A model generated the notes under the pieces. It searched no databases. It saw only the letters and a program-made list of their open reading frames with translations, and was not told the origin of the DNA. From Deltaproteobacteria bacterium (GTDB lineage Bacteria; Desulfobacterota_D; UBA1144; Nemesobacterales; CSP1-2): 64,000 nt of DNA. This document shows, in pieces, positions 1-10,591 of this stretch. The stretch's first letter is position 1, and the number at the start of each line of letters is the position of its first letter. The position numbers and the translations under genes were made by a program. Where the stretch lies: the NCBI GenBank assembly GCA_052390235.1, contig JBQTHB010000005.1:320001-384000 (forward strand), read 5' to 3'.

Positions 1-2
1 TG

Positions 3-317
3 ATGGACGTGTCGAGAAAAATAGGCGCCAAGAAAAATCACGGACTCGTGCGCATCATCAACCCTGTGATTGTCTATAGCGAGGGTGAAAAATTTTCGAG
101 AGAGGGGTGTCTCAGCCTGCCAGATTTTCTCGGCAACGTAAAGAGGGCGCAAATTGTCATCGCGCGGGGACTAACCCCTGAGGGCAGGGAGATTGAAATC
201 GCCGCCAAGGGGCTGGAAGCCATAGCCATTCAGCACGAGATTGACCACCTCGACGGGATGCTGTTCATTCACCGCATCGGCTCATTGGGGACGGATTTGG
301 TGAGGCGAAAAACCTAG
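3..317 (+). CDS. def: Peptide deformylase, C-terminal part (5' truncated by window edge)
   Basis: EGCLS and QHEIDHLDG motifs. Confidence 0.93.
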   Translation: MDVSRKIGAKKNHGLVRIINPVIVYSEGEKFSREGCLSLPDFLGNVKRAQIVIARGLTPEGREIEIAAKGLEAIAIQHEIDHLDGMLFIHRIGSLGTDLVRRKT

Positions 318-331
318 CGCGAACTAAGCGA

Positions 332-505
332 TTATTTCTCTTCCTCTTTTCTTGGGAACACGCCGACCATCCGCCTGCGCTTCATAATCTCCTCCTCGGT
401 GTCTTTTGCCGGGTCTCGGCTATCGTCGTAGTGGGGCTGGCGGTGTTCTTCAAACCTGTAGAGCCATGAATCTCTCTCTTTAATCTTCTGGTCAATTACT
501 CCCAT
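332..505 (-). CDS. 57-aa hypothetical charged protein (MGVIDQKIKERDSWLYRFEEHRQPHYDDSRDPAKDTEEEIMKRRRMVGVFPRKEEEK)
   Basis: Hand-translated, below ORF-track cutoff; AAGGAGG RBS upstream of ATG; directly downstream of and co-oriented with the 533-1861 gene. Confidence 0.7.
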   Translation of the reverse strand: MGVIDQKIKERDSWLYRFEEHRQPHYDDSRDPAKDTEEEIMKRRRMVGVFPRKEEEK

Positions 506-532
506 TTTCGCAAATCCTCCTTTTGTTGAAAT

Positions 533-1861
533 TTATTTTACCATTTTTGAGATGGGTATTATTTCTACCTCGCCCGCAATTTTCGGAATCATCTCGGCGA
601 GGGCTTCTATCGTCTCAGGGTAGGGGTGGCAGATGCCGACGGCGTATCCTTTGCGTTTCGACTGCTTAACGAGCGCCTCGATTTGCGATTTGATGTATTC
701 AACGTCGCGCCTGTTGTCGAGGAAAACGTCGCGCTCGGCGGCTTTCATCCCCAATCTCTTCGCCGTCTTGTACCCTGCGCTGTCTGGGGAAGTCTTGCTG
801 TCAACGAAAAACAGCCCCTCGCTTTTAATTCTCTCCAGCACCAGTTCCATGAGTTCTTCGTTTTCGGTAAATTTCGACCCCATGTGATTGTTGACCCCCT
901 TCAGATGGGGAATCGAGGCTAAGTTGGCGTCGAGCTTGCGCAAAATCTCTCCTTTGCCAAGCCCTGTAAGGAGTGCGCTGTCCCCTCCGGCGTCTGCTCC
1001 GGTGTAGCCTGTGGACTCCTTCGGCTCCATCGGCAAGTGCAGGATGACGTCTCTGCCCTTTCCGTGGGCGACCTCTGCGGCGTAGCGCGAATACGAGAGA
1101 TTGGGCAGGACGGCAAAGGTGATCTCTGCGGGTATAGCTCCGAGCCTGTCAACTGCCCTTTTATCTGCTCCCAAATCGTCAACAATGATAGCCACTTTTG
1201 GACTATCCCCAAATAGCGCCTTTTCGGTCTCCCTGACTGGGGATTTATCAATCTCTACCTTGGCGATTTCCTTCGGCGGCGTATCGGATTTTTTCTTTAA
1301 CGCGGGATTTTGCTTCGGTTCAGATTCCGCGGGCTGGGGTTTTTGGGGGCGGTAATCGAACCTGAGCCTATGCGTGGGGAGATTCATCGTTCGGATTTCG
1401 GAGATTAAGTGGGTTGCGGCTGGCTTAAATCTGATTTTCACATTGCCTCGCGAAAAGGATTTGCTCAGCGCCGCCCTCACTCTGCCCTCGTCCACTCCTT
1501 CGGGAAGGGTAATTCTCGTATCCGTCAAATTCCACTTAACCCCCCCCGCATCGCGCCTCAGAATCTCCTTTCGGGCGACGTTCTTCGATGAGACGCCAAG
1601 TTGGAAAAAAGCGTCGAGGATATATCCGTCAACGTCCTCTATCGCCCGTGAAAGCTCGGCTGAGGAGATTCTCATCTCCTCTGTGGATTCCGCCTGCTTG
1701 GCAGGCTCTTTGCCCAGCCGCTCTTTGAGTTGCAACAGCCCCCACAGGCCGAGCGCGACGACCGCAACGAAGCCCAGCGCGACGACAAAAGCCCTAATGG
1801 GGGTCGGTTGTAGTCTCGATTTTTTGTTAGGTTTCGGGGTTTTTTGATTCCGTTTGCCCAA
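533..1861 (-). CDS. Divergent polysaccharide deacetylase family protein (YibQ-like) with N-terminal membrane anchor
   Basis: AIIVDDLG, LHLPMEP, GVNNHMGS, FFVDSKT, RDVFLD, GICHP motifs; follows ctpA as usual. Confidence 0.9.
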   Translation of the reverse strand: MGKRNQKTPKPNKKSRLQPTPIRAFVVALGFVAVVALGLWGLLQLKERLGKEPAKQAESTEEMRISSAELSRAIEDVDGYILDAFFQLGVSSKNVARKEILRRDAGGVKWNLTDTRITLPEGVDEGRVRAALSKSFSRGNVKIRFKPAATHLISEIRTMNLPTHRLRFDYRPQKPQPAESEPKQNPALKKKSDTPPKEIAKVEIDKSPVRETEKALFGDSPKVAIIVDDLGADKRAVDRLGAIPAEITFAVLPNLSYSRYAAEVAHGKGRDVILHLPMEPKESTGYTGADAGGDSALLTGLGKGEILRKLDANLASIPHLKGVNNHMGSKFTENEELMELVLERIKSEGLFFVDSKTSPDSAGYKTAKRLGMKAAERDVFLDNRRDVEYIKSQIEALVKQSKRKGYAVGICHPYPETIEALAEMIPKIAGEVEIIPISKMVK

Positions 1862-1880
1862 AAGGGATACGTCCTCTCTA

Positions 1881-3038
1881 TTAGCCTTTCGGGACGGCTT
1901 TGTTTATAGAGCCAGGGTTTCTGAGAATCTCTACAGACCTCTCAAGAGGCACGTCTTTTTTCTCACCGTCCTCGACTATTACGTCCGGCACTACGCCGAC
2001 CTGGCTAATGGATCTGCCGCTTGGGGCGTAGAATTTCGCCGTCGTGAGTTTCAGCCCTGCCCCGTCGTCGAGCCTGATGATGGTCTGCACAGACCCCTTG
2101 CCGAAGGTCTTGGTGCCGAGGATGACGGCGCGTTTGCTGTCCTGAAGCGCTTCGGCTACGACCTCCGACGCACTCGCGCTCCCCTTGTTCACGATGACCA
2201 CAAGCGGGTAATCCACCAATCTGCCGTCCTTCGTGGCGAAATAGTCGGTTGACTGCTCCTTCGACCTCCCCTTGACGCTCACGATGAGACCTCTATCAAT
2301 GAACTGGTCAACGATTTCCACGGCTTGGTTTAGTAGCCCGCCGGGGTTGTTCCTGAGGTCGAGGATGAGTCCTCTGAGCCTGCCGCCGTTTTGGGATTCG
2401 AGTTTTACTATCGCCTCTTTCATCTCGCCCGAGGATTTCTCCTGAAATTGAGCGAGCCTCAAGTAGCCGATGCGCTCGGGCAGGAGTTGGGATTTAATGC
2501 TTCTGACCTGAATTATGTCTCGGATGAGCGTAACTTCTCTCTGAGCCGGCTCGTTTTTACTCTGAATTGTAACCTTCACGGGGCTGTTCTTTGGGCCTCT
2601 GAGGAGATTTACCGCTTCGTCCGTAACCATGCCCTTGGTGGATTTCCCGTCAATGGCGAGTATCTGGTCGCCGGGCTTAATGCCGGCTTGCTCAGCCGGA
2701 GTGCCTTCGATGGGCGTAATCACGGTAAGCACGTTGTTCTCTACGGTGATTTCCATTCCCACCCCGCCGAATTCCCCCGACGTGCCGATTTCGAGGTCTT
2801 TGAACCGCTCCGGCGATAGATAAGCCGAGTATGGGTCTAGGGATTTGACCATTCCCTCCATAGCCGCCACGCTGAGTTTCTCGGCGTCAACGCTCTCAAC
2901 ATAATTTCTCTCGATTAAATCGAGGACACGCGTAAAATTGGATAGCCCCTTATAAGCGGCCTCATCCTCTGCCCCCGCCGCTCCAAGGGGAGCAAACCCA
3001 ATCAACGCGATATAGACAGCTAAAATCCACCTTTTCAT
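1881..3038 (-). CDS. ctpA: Carboxyl-terminal processing protease, S41 family
   Basis: Signal peptide, LDPYS, PDZ domain, DLRNNPGGLL, SASASE, TFGKGSVQ. Confidence 0.95.
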   Translation of the reverse strand: MKRWILAVYIALIGFAPLGAAGAEDEAAYKGLSNFTRVLDLIERNYVESVDAEKLSVAAMEGMVKSLDPYSAYLSPERFKDLEIGTSGEFGGVGMEITVENNVLTVITPIEGTPAEQAGIKPGDQILAIDGKSTKGMVTDEAVNLLRGPKNSPVKVTIQSKNEPAQREVTLIRDIIQVRSIKSQLLPERIGYLRLAQFQEKSSGEMKEAIVKLESQNGGRLRGLILDLRNNPGGLLNQAVEIVDQFIDRGLIVSVKGRSKEQSTDYFATKDGRLVDYPLVVIVNKGSASASEVVAEALQDSKRAVILGTKTFGKGSVQTIIRLDDGAGLKLTTAKFYAPSGRSISQVGVVPDVIVEDGEKKDVPLERSVEILRNPGSINKAVPKG

Positions 3039-3130
3039 TGCTAAGCGCCCTCCGCTTGAGTCTCTTCGGCTAAGCGAGTAAATTTACTCGTCAAATAATA
3101 TATACTCGAATTGGAGAAGGAACAAACCCC

Positions 3131-4675
3131 GTGCCGGAAGTACAATTTAGGGAAATTCGCCGTAATATCGGGCAGATACTCATGCCCCGGCTCGATTTTC
3201 GCATCTCGCAAGACCCCATGCCTCAGGCGCGGGAACTGACGCAGAGGTTTCAAGTCGGGGGGTTTATCCTCTTCGGCGGCGAAGTGAATCAGGTAAAAGC
3301 GGCGACAGAAGCGCTCCAAAGCCTCACGGACGTTCCCCTTTTTTTTGCCTGCGATGCCGAGCGAGGCTTGGGGCAGATAGTTCATGGCGGAGTGCGCTTT
3401 CCCTTTGCCATGTCTCTCGGGGCAATAGACGATGCGGAGCTGACCTACAGGCAGGCGGCGTTCATTGCGGCCGAGATGCTCGCCGCCGGGCTAAATCTCA
3501 TATTCGCGCCCGTGGCAGATGTGAACTCGAACCCCGACAACCCGATAATTAACGTCCGCTCCTACGGGGACGACCCGCAGCTCGTTGCCCGCATGGCTCA
3601 TGCGTTCATCCGCGGCTGTCAGGACGGAGGCGTTCTCGCCTGCGCCAAACACTTCCCCGGACACGGGGGCGTAGCCGCCGACTCGCACGTGAATCTGCCG
3701 GTTTCGGCGGCAAGCCTCAGGGATTTCATGGAGCGCGACCTACATCCATTCAGGCGGGCGGCCCAAGCCCAAGCCGCCTCAATAATGATAGCCCACCTTG
3801 CCGCGCCGGATATTGACCCATCCGCCCTTCCGGCGACGCTCTCCGAGGCGATGGTTAAAAATCTCCTCATCGGCGATATGGGTTTTCGGGGTCTTGTCAT
3901 AACGGATTCGCTCATCATGGACGCGCTAAGGGGATTTGGCGACGAAGCCGCCCTTGCCCGCCGCTCAATTATTGCCGGATGCGATATTATATTAGACCCC
4001 AAACACCCAGTCGCGCTTGCCGAGGAGTTGCTTCGGATGGCGCAGTCGGGGCGGATTCCCCCAGAGGATTTGCAAAGAGCGGCGCAGAAAATCCTCTCGG
4101 CGAAGGCGGCTCGGCTCAAATCTGGGCTATCTACAATGCCCCCTTCGCGGGACTTGGGCGAGGGGTTAGTAGCCGAGATAGCCCGCCGCTCGGTTTGCTC
4201 CCTTAAGGGCGGGACTCTCCGCTCCCGAAGCGTGTGCGTTTATCTCCTCGATGCGGCGCACTCCCCGGAAGAGGGCAGGGAAGCGTCTCTGGCATTTGCC
4301 CGGCGGCTGTCCGATGCCGGAATCTCAGCCGAGGGGATTTTCGTAAGCCCCGATGAAGCCGCCTTATTCCCGGTTCGAGAAGATGGCAGGGCGATAGCCT
4401 GCATAGTGCGCACCCATCCCGCCGCTTGGACTGGCAATAGCGACCTACCCCGAAGCTACCGAGAATTTCTCCTCAGGGCATCGAGGCTCGGCGGCGAGAA
4501 GATATTTATCTCTCTCGGCTCGCCATACGTCGTCCGCCGGATAAATCCTGATGATTTCGATGCCGTTCTCTTTGCTTTCGACTCCATACCTCAGTGCGCA
4601 TTGACGGCGGCGGACGCGCTTTTGGGGAGATTTACGCCCTCCGGCAGGATGCCCGTGAGACTCGCGGGAGTATAA
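3131..4675 (+). CDS. nagZ: GH3 beta-N-acetylhexosaminidase (NagZ-like, two-domain)
   Basis: DAERG, APVADVN, KHFPGHG..DSH, ITDSL motifs; GTG start preceded by GGAG/AAGGA. Confidence 0.85.
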   Translation: MPEVQFREIRRNIGQILMPRLDFRISQDPMPQARELTQRFQVGGFILFGGEVNQVKAATEALQSLTDVPLFFACDAERGLGQIVHGGVRFPFAMSLGAIDDAELTYRQAAFIAAEMLAAGLNLIFAPVADVNSNPDNPIINVRSYGDDPQLVARMAHAFIRGCQDGGVLACAKHFPGHGGVAADSHVNLPVSAASLRDFMERDLHPFRRAAQAQAASIMIAHLAAPDIDPSALPATLSEAMVKNLLIGDMGFRGLVITDSLIMDALRGFGDEAALARRSIIAGCDIILDPKHPVALAEELLRMAQSGRIPPEDLQRAAQKILSAKAARLKSGLSTMPPSRDLGEGLVAEIARRSVCSLKGGTLRSRSVCVYLLDAAHSPEEGREASLAFARRLSDAGISAEGIFVSPDEAALFPVREDGRAIACIVRTHPAAWTGNSDLPRSYREFLLRASRLGGEKIFISLGSPYVVRRINPDDFDAVLFAFDSIPQCALTAADALLGRFTPSGRMPVRLAGV

Positions 4676-4929
4676 TTTAAGCCCCCGGATACGCGAGAAT
4701 CTCAATCGCTAAAAACCTGCCTCTTTTTAGCCCTTTGGATTGCCATTTCGAGCGATAGCCGGAAATCTGGCAGTGATAACAAATCGCTCCGAGCCAATAT
4801 TCCCGGAAACTGTAACCTCCCTCTAATTCTCGACTCGGTAAATTTGTTTAGGTATAATTAGCGCGCAATTTATCGGAGGTTAAAAAGTACGACGAAGAGC
4901 AGTAAAATTTGCCGTAAGGAGATACGCCA

Positions 4930-7900
4930 ATGAGTACCGTTCGCAACCAAGATTCATCCAACGCCCGCAAGCTCCAGATTCGCGACAGCTTCATCGCCGA
5001 ATACCCGGACGTGTTGACCCCTGAGGTACTAGCCGCGCTGGAGTATATGGCGTGGTTCAACGCCGAACAGAAAGCAGTAATGGACAAAAGAGGTCGCCGC
5101 AGGCTCGATAGGGCTAGAGCAGGGCAGAGAATCACGTTCTTAAATCCCGACGACTTCATCGGACGCACCAATATAAAGGTTCAAGACGCCAGGGACGGCA
5201 AATTCATAGGCTCCGAGATTCCTCGAGACTTGCAAAGGCAGTGGATTCAGGGAACGGGCCCCGCGACAAAACCCAATTCCACTACGGAAAAAAGCATCAG
5301 AAACGTCTCCTACGCGCTTCTATCCGGCGCGGACGGCTGGATGTTCGACGGCGAAGACGCCCTTGGGCAAATTGCCTCAATGTCGCTTGAAAACCAGAGA
5401 AATTTGAAGCTCGCCATCAGAAAAGACCCGGTGTTTATGAAGGTATCCGAGCAAGTGGCAAAGGAGATGAACCACTGGGCGCGCGGCTTTTTCGGGCGTG
5501 AGATAATTGCCGATTGGCGCAAGCAACTAGATTTTACGACAAAGATATTCCGCGTAAGAGGGCTTCACCTCGACGACCGCCACATCCGCGACGAAAACGG
5601 AGTGATGCTCTCGGCATCAATTGCCGATTTGGTCATTTACGTCGTCAATAATCACAAGGAGCTACAGAGCGCGGGCTCATCCATCGCCCTTTATCTCCCG
5701 AAGATTCAGACTGCTGAGGAGGCGGCTCTGTGGAATCAGATGCTCACGGCGCTTGAAGAGTATCTGGGTATTGCCGAGGGGGCGATAAAAGTCTACGTCC
5801 TCATCGAGCAGATAGAAGCCACATTCCAGCTTATGGAAATCAGGGCGGCTCTGGGCAGGCATTTTGTCGGATTCAACACCGGACGCTGGGACTATATTAA
5901 CAGCGTGTCCGACGCCGTGGCGTGGGATAAGGGCTTCATTAATCCCAATATCGAATCCATCACAATGACCTATAGCTACATGAGAAATTACGAAGACCGC
6001 GCCCGCCGCGCCGTGAATACCCCCGATTTAGCCGGCAACTGCGCGCTTTGGCAGGGAGGGATGGAGGCGAATATCCCCGTAGGCTCTGAAGAGGGAGTGA
6101 GAAGCAGCATGGTCAAAGTCCTTGCCGGAGCACAGAGGGAGCGGCGCGAGGGGGCGAGCGGCAAGTGGGTTGCCCACTGGAAAATGGTTCATATCGTGAG
6201 GCCCGTGTGGGAGAGTGTCGGCGATGCTAATCAGCTTGGGAGGAAATTCCCGCCCCTAGGCTATGCCCAAGCGGACGCCGACGGGCTAACCCTGCTTGAA
6301 CCCGCGCCCAGATCCATCAGAGGGGCTAGAAACCTCCTCAGCGTGGGGCTTCAGTACGGAAACGCCTTCGGACAGGGGTTTGCGGCGGCGGCTCTAAAAC
6401 CTGCGGATTTCTTCGACAACGACGACGTTTTATATCTCATGGAGGATATGGCAACCGGTGAAATCCGCCTCAGCATCCTCTGGGAGTGGCTACATAAAAA
6501 GGCAAATCTCACCGAAGACGACGCCGAAACAGGTCTCAAAGCCGGAGACGTTTTCAGCGTAGAGATTTTCAGGAAACTGCTTGTTGAGGAGTACGAAAAA
6601 CTACTCAGCGCCAAGGACAAGGACGTTCACGACGACTCAAAGGGGACGACTCTGCCCATTGCCAGAGAGATTGTAGAGGCTTACGTTCTTGGCGATGTGA
6701 AAGCCCCTTGGTACATTGACCTATTAAATATCAATTTAAATAACCATGATTTAAATATCGCAAAAGGGAGGATTAAAAATTACATGGACGCCTTCAAGAA
6801 AGACGGCGCAAGGATTACGGAAAATGTGGACTTCGCGCCTACGACCAAGAGACTCTCGATAGCCTCGGAGGATGAATCCGGGAATTTCGAGGGTGAGATA
6901 GCGGCAATGAAAGAGTGGTTTGCGCAGACCCGCTTCAAGGGGATAACCCGTCTGTACTCCGCCCGCCAAGTGGTACAGCAGAGGGGAACTATTGACACCG
7001 ACTACACGGTCGCAAAGGTCAACGCCGACCAGTTCTATAGTCGCCTAAGGGAGCTATTTGCCAAGAAACTGCAGATAACCACTTTCGGTCCCTATTCCCC
7101 CGGACAAGCCGTAACAATGAGGCGCCTCGGTATCGAGGGGATTTATCTCGGCGGATGGGCGACTTCAGCCAAAGGCTCAATCACAGAGGATCCGGGTCCC
7201 GACCTCGCGAGCTATCCCCTAAGCCAAGTCCCGGATGAGGCGGCGACCATTGTCCGCGCCCTTCTCACCGCTGACAGAAACCAAAAATACGCGCGCTTTA
7301 AGATGACCGAGAAGGAGAGAAAAGCGACCCCCAAGCACGACTTCAGACCGTTCATCATCGCCGACGCCGACACCGGACACGGCGGCGAAGCCCACGTCAG
7401 AAACCTCATCCGCAGATTCGTCGAGGTGGGCGTTACTGGATACCACATCGAAGACCAAAAGCCGGGTACGAAGAAGTGCGGACATCAGGGCGGAAAAGTC
7501 CTTGTGCCGGTGGATGAGCAGATTAAGAGGCTCAATGCCGCGAGATTCCAGCTCGATGTTATGCAGGTGCCGGGAATCATCGTAGCGCGCACCGACGCCG
7601 AAGCCGCAAACCTCCTCGACGGCAGAGGGGACGAGCGCGACCATCCGTTCATCCTCGGCGCAACCAACACGAGCGTGCCGGGATACAAGGACTGCTACCT
7701 CGCCATCCTCAGGAGATTCTACGATAAGGGAGTTCGGGACGTAAATGGGCATCTGCTCTATAAAATGTCCGAAACCGAGTACAAAGCCGCCTACGGGTGG
7801 TTCGACCAAATCGGGCTTACGCCGTTTATTGACGAGAACATCCAAGCCCTCAAAGACGGCAAAGAGAAGAGCATCACAAAGCCGCTCGACAACGCCGTAT

Positions 7901-9168
7901 CCAAATTCGTAGAGATTTGGGAGGTAGAATCGAAGCTCAAAACATACGGAGAAGCCGTAGCCGAGCTTATGAAATTCCAGATTGAAGAGGGCAGACAGCT
8001 CGATATGACGGTTGATGAGTGGTTCGAGTTCTGCAAGGGCGTATCCCTGCATCATGCCAGCGAAAAGGCAAAATCCATGGGTATTGACGCCGCTTGGGAC
8101 TGTGAACTGTCCAGAACGCCCGAAGGGTACTATCAGGTTAAGGGCGGAATTGAATACGCAATAGCCAAGTCCCTTGCTGTAGCCCCATTTGCCGATATTC
8201 TATGGATGGAAACCAACACCGCAAACTACGAAGAGGCAAAGCACTTCGCCCACGCCGTACACGCCGAATTCCCCGATAAAATGCTCGCCTATAACCTCTC
8301 GCCGTCCTTCAACTGGGACACCACGGGAATGACCGAGGACGAGATGCGCAATTTTCCCAAAGAAATCGGAAAACTCGGTTTCGTATTTGACTTCATCACA
8401 TACGGCGGACACCAGATTGATGGCTTGGCGGCTGAGGATTTTGCCACGGCTCTCCAGCAGGACGGAATGCTCGCCCTTGCTCGCCTGCAGCGCAAAATCA
8501 GGCTCATCAACTCCCCCTATAGAACCCCTCAGACCCTCGTTGGCGGACCCAGAATTGACGCCGCCCTCGTCGCCACGTCGGGACGCACGGCTACCACAAA
8601 GGCTATGGGCAAGGGGTCAACTCAGGTTCAGCACATGGTGGAAACCGAAGTGCCGCCCAAAACCCTCGAGAAGTGGCTTGAGATTTGGTCGGATAACTAC
8701 AAAGTGTCCGATACGCTCCGCGTTCAGCTAAGACCCAATACGGCAGGCTCCGAGCTTCTTGAACTCAACGTCCTAAACGAGTCAAATGCCAAGGTCGCCG
8801 ATGTCATCTTTACCACGATTCACGACCGCAGGGGCAGAACCATAATTTCCGTGCGCGACCAGAACACCTTTGATAGCGCATACCGCCAGAAACGCCTCAT
8901 GACGCTTATGCACCTGTTCCTGATACACAGGTATAAAGCCGTGTCGGTTCACTATGTCAGCCCCACGGAAGACAACGAGATACAGGCTAAGGGGATGAAG
9001 AAAATCGGGATGTACAAAGAGGTTAACGCCGAGGTCGGTCATATTATCGTCGCCGAGGTCAACGCTGAGAGGGTTAAGGACCTGCTTAATCCCGACCAAG
9101 TCGAGCTTAAACAGCTAATTTCCAAGACCGATAAGCCGAAGGGCGACAGGACGAGAAAAAAGAGCTAG
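4930..9168 (+). CDS. aceB-aceA: Bifunctional malate synthase / isocitrate lyase fusion (MS - ICL2-type - GNAT-like tail)
   Basis: N-half [38 protein letters not shown] (malate synthase); C-half [41 protein letters not shown] (ICL); one uninterrupted ORF; AAGGAG RBS. Confidence 0.95.
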   Translation: MSTVRNQDSSNARKLQIRDSFIAEYPDVLTPEVLAALEYMAWFNAEQKAVMDKRGRRRLDRARAGQRITFLNPDDFIGRTNIKVQDARDGKFIGSEIPRDLQRQWIQGTGPATKPNSTTEKSIRNVSYALLSGADGWMFDGEDALGQIASMSLENQRNLKLAIRKDPVFMKVSEQVAKEMNHWARGFFGREIIADWRKQLDFTTKIFRVRGLHLDDRHIRDENGVMLSASIADLVIYVVNNHKELQSAGSSIALYLPKIQTAEEAALWNQMLTALEEYLGIAEGAIKVYVLIEQIEATFQLMEIRAALGRHFVGFNTGRWDYINSVSDAVAWDKGFINPNIESITMTYSYMRNYEDRARRAVNTPDLAGNCALWQGGMEANIPVGSEEGVRSSMVKVLAGAQRERREGASGKWVAHWKMVHIVRPVWESVGDANQLGRKFPPLGYAQADADGLTLLEPAPRSIRGARNLLSVGLQYGNAFGQGFAAAALKPADFFDNDDVLYLMEDMATGEIRLSILWEWLHKKANLTEDDAETGLKAGDVFSVEIFRKLLVEEYEKLLSAKDKDVHDDSKGTTLPIAREIVEAYVLGDVKAPWYIDLLNINLNNHDLNIAKGRIKNYMDAFKKDGARITENVDFAPTTKRLSIASEDESGNFEGEIAAMKEWFAQTRFKGITRLYSARQVVQQRGTIDTDYTVAKVNADQFYSRLRELFAKKLQITTFGPYSPGQAVTMRRLGIEGIYLGGWATSAKGSITEDPGPDLASYPLSQVPDEAATIVRALLTADRNQKYARFKMTEKERKATPKHDFRPFIIADADTGHGGEAHVRNLIRRFVEVGVTGYHIEDQKPGTKKCGHQGGKVLVPVDEQIKRLNAARFQLDVMQVPGIIVARTDAEAANLLDGRGDERDHPFILGATNTSVPGYKDCYLAILRRFYDKGVRDVNGHLLYKMSETEYKAAYGWFDQIGLTPFIDENIQALKDGKEKSITKPLDNAVSKFVEIWEVESKLKTYGEAVAELMKFQIEEGRQLDMTVDEWFEFCKGVSLHHASEKAKSMGIDAAWDCELSRTPEGYYQVKGGIEYAIAKSLAVAPFADILWMETNTANYEEAKHFAHAVHAEFPDKMLAYNLSPSFNWDTTGMTEDEMRNFPKEIGKLGFVFDFITYGGHQIDGLAAEDFATALQQDGMLALARLQRKIRLINSPYRTPQTLVGGPRIDAALVATSGRTATTKAMGKGSTQVQHMVETEVPPKTLEKWLEIWSDNYKVSDTLRVQLRPNTAGSELLELNVLNESNAKVADVIFTTIHDRRGRTIISVRDQNTFDSAYRQKRLMTLMHLFLIHRYKAVSVHYVSPTEDNEIQAKGMKKIGMYKEVNAEVGHIIVAEVNAERVKDLLNPDQVELKQLISKTDKPKGDRTRKKS

Positions 9169-9199
9169 TTAATAAATTTCTCTGGCAACCCCACAGGGG

Positions 9200-9239
9200 A
9201 GAGGAGTGCGGCGATAGAGGGCTGTACTCCTCTTTTTTT
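9200..9239 (+). terminator. Rho-independent terminator after the MS-ICL gene
   Basis: AGAGGAGTGCGGC/GCTGTACTCCTCT stem followed by a T-run. Confidence 0.85.
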
Positions 9240-9246
9240 ACCCGAT

Positions 9247-9447
9247 TTATGCGCCGCGTTGGCTCTTCCAGCGGGTACTGCGGCGACGTTTCCAGTTTCT
9301 TCGGTCTATTTTGTTGCGGCGGGCGTTTTCCCCTCCGTGATAGGGGCAGAGGCTACAGAGCCTCTCCCGTTTCGCTATGACGAGCTTGCGGGCTTTCTTC
9401 CACACGCTACCGGTATCGGCTGAGTCGAGTAGCTCTTTTCTTCTCAT
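9247..9447 (-). CDS. 66-aa very basic small protein with CxxCxxH motif
   Basis: GAGGGAG RBS; begins 17 nt after the oxidoreductase stop; CSLCPYH and WKRRRSTRWK. Confidence 0.65.
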   Translation of the reverse strand: MRRKELLDSADTGSVWKKARKLVIAKRERLCSLCPYHGGENARRNKIDRRNWKRRRSTRWKSQRGA

Positions 9448-9464
9448 AGAATTTCTCCCTCACT

Positions 9465-10445
9465 TCAGTCTTTGCCTGCGCGCTGCACAGAGATGACTAC
9501 ATTTCCCTTCTTATGCCCTTGTTCGACATATCTGTGAGCATCGGCGGTCTGCTCCAACGGATAACTCCTATCTATGACCGATGTCATCTTTCCTGCCTCA
9601 ATTAACTCTCTGAGAAAAATTAAATCCTCTTTACGCTCGATGGCTACCCCGCCGATGACTCTCTTGCCACTTGTGATATAAGCCCACAGCCCTCGGAGTA
9701 TCGGGGATATATTTATATGCACTGCTCTGAGATAGACGCCGCCTCGCTTTAGAGATTTCAGACAACCCGAGAACGGACTCCTGCCCACAGTATCAAAAAC
9801 AATATCGTAGCCCCTGCCGCTTCGAGTGAAATCCTCTCTCTCGTAGTCAATGACCCTATCGGCTCCTAGAGATTTCACCAATTCCAAATTTGCGCCGCTA
9901 CACACCCCTGTAACCTCTGCCCCAAAGGATTTGGCAATCTGCACGGCGGCAGCGCCTAACGCCCCTGAAGCCCCGTAGATGAGAACCTGCTGTCCGCTCC
10001 GAATCTCTCCCTTATCTCTGAGAAAAATCAGTGAGGTTGTTGCCCCAAAAGGAACGGCGGCGGCTTGCTCATAGCTCATATTGGCGGGTTTTATCGCAAT
10101 TGCCCCTCCTTCAGGCAGGCAAATGTACTCTGCATTCGCGCCCAGAGCGGCTCCAGCGCTGGCAAATACCGGATCGCCCGCTTTGAACTGTGTTACGTCT
10201 CTGCCGACTGCTTCAATTTTTCCGGCTAATTCCGACCCTAGCGCGGTGTTTTTTTTAGGTCTCATGAGGCCGTAGAAAAACCTTATGGGCCATGGGTCTG
10301 CCCTTCGGATACGCACGTCCGCTGAGGTTACGGTTGTCGCGTATATTTTAATCAGTGCTTCATTTTCCCTGGGGGTAGGTTTCGCTACCTCCTTGAGCCG
10401 CATAACATCGGCAGAGCCGTACTCCGTACAGATGACTGCTTTCAT
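9465..10445 (-). CDS. MDR-family NAD(P)-dependent oxidoreductase (quinone-reductase-like)
   Basis: MKAV start, GASGALG Rossmann motif, GADRVIDY, HKKGNVV. Confidence 0.9.
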   Translation of the reverse strand: MKAVICTEYGSADVMRLKEVAKPTPRENEALIKIYATTVTSADVRIRRADPWPIRFFYGLMRPKKNTALGSELAGKIEAVGRDVTQFKAGDPVFASAGAALGANAEYICLPEGGAIAIKPANMSYEQAAAVPFGATTSLIFLRDKGEIRSGQQVLIYGASGALGAAAVQIAKSFGAEVTGVCSGANLELVKSLGADRVIDYEREDFTRSGRGYDIVFDTVGRSPFSGCLKSLKRGGVYLRAVHINISPILRGLWAYITSGKRVIGGVAIERKEDLIFLRELIEAGKMTSVIDRSYPLEQTADAHRYVEQGHKKGNVVISVQRAGKD

Positions 10446-10591
10446 GAACGTCCCTCCAATGTGGCTTTAGCGCCGATTGCCGCAATTCTCTATCCGCAAT
10501 GAGCGCGCAATCCCCAACCACTGATTATAACAAAATCCCTCTCATGTTCCGGGCATCTTGCATCGTAAATCCTTTGGGTATAATTCGCAGT

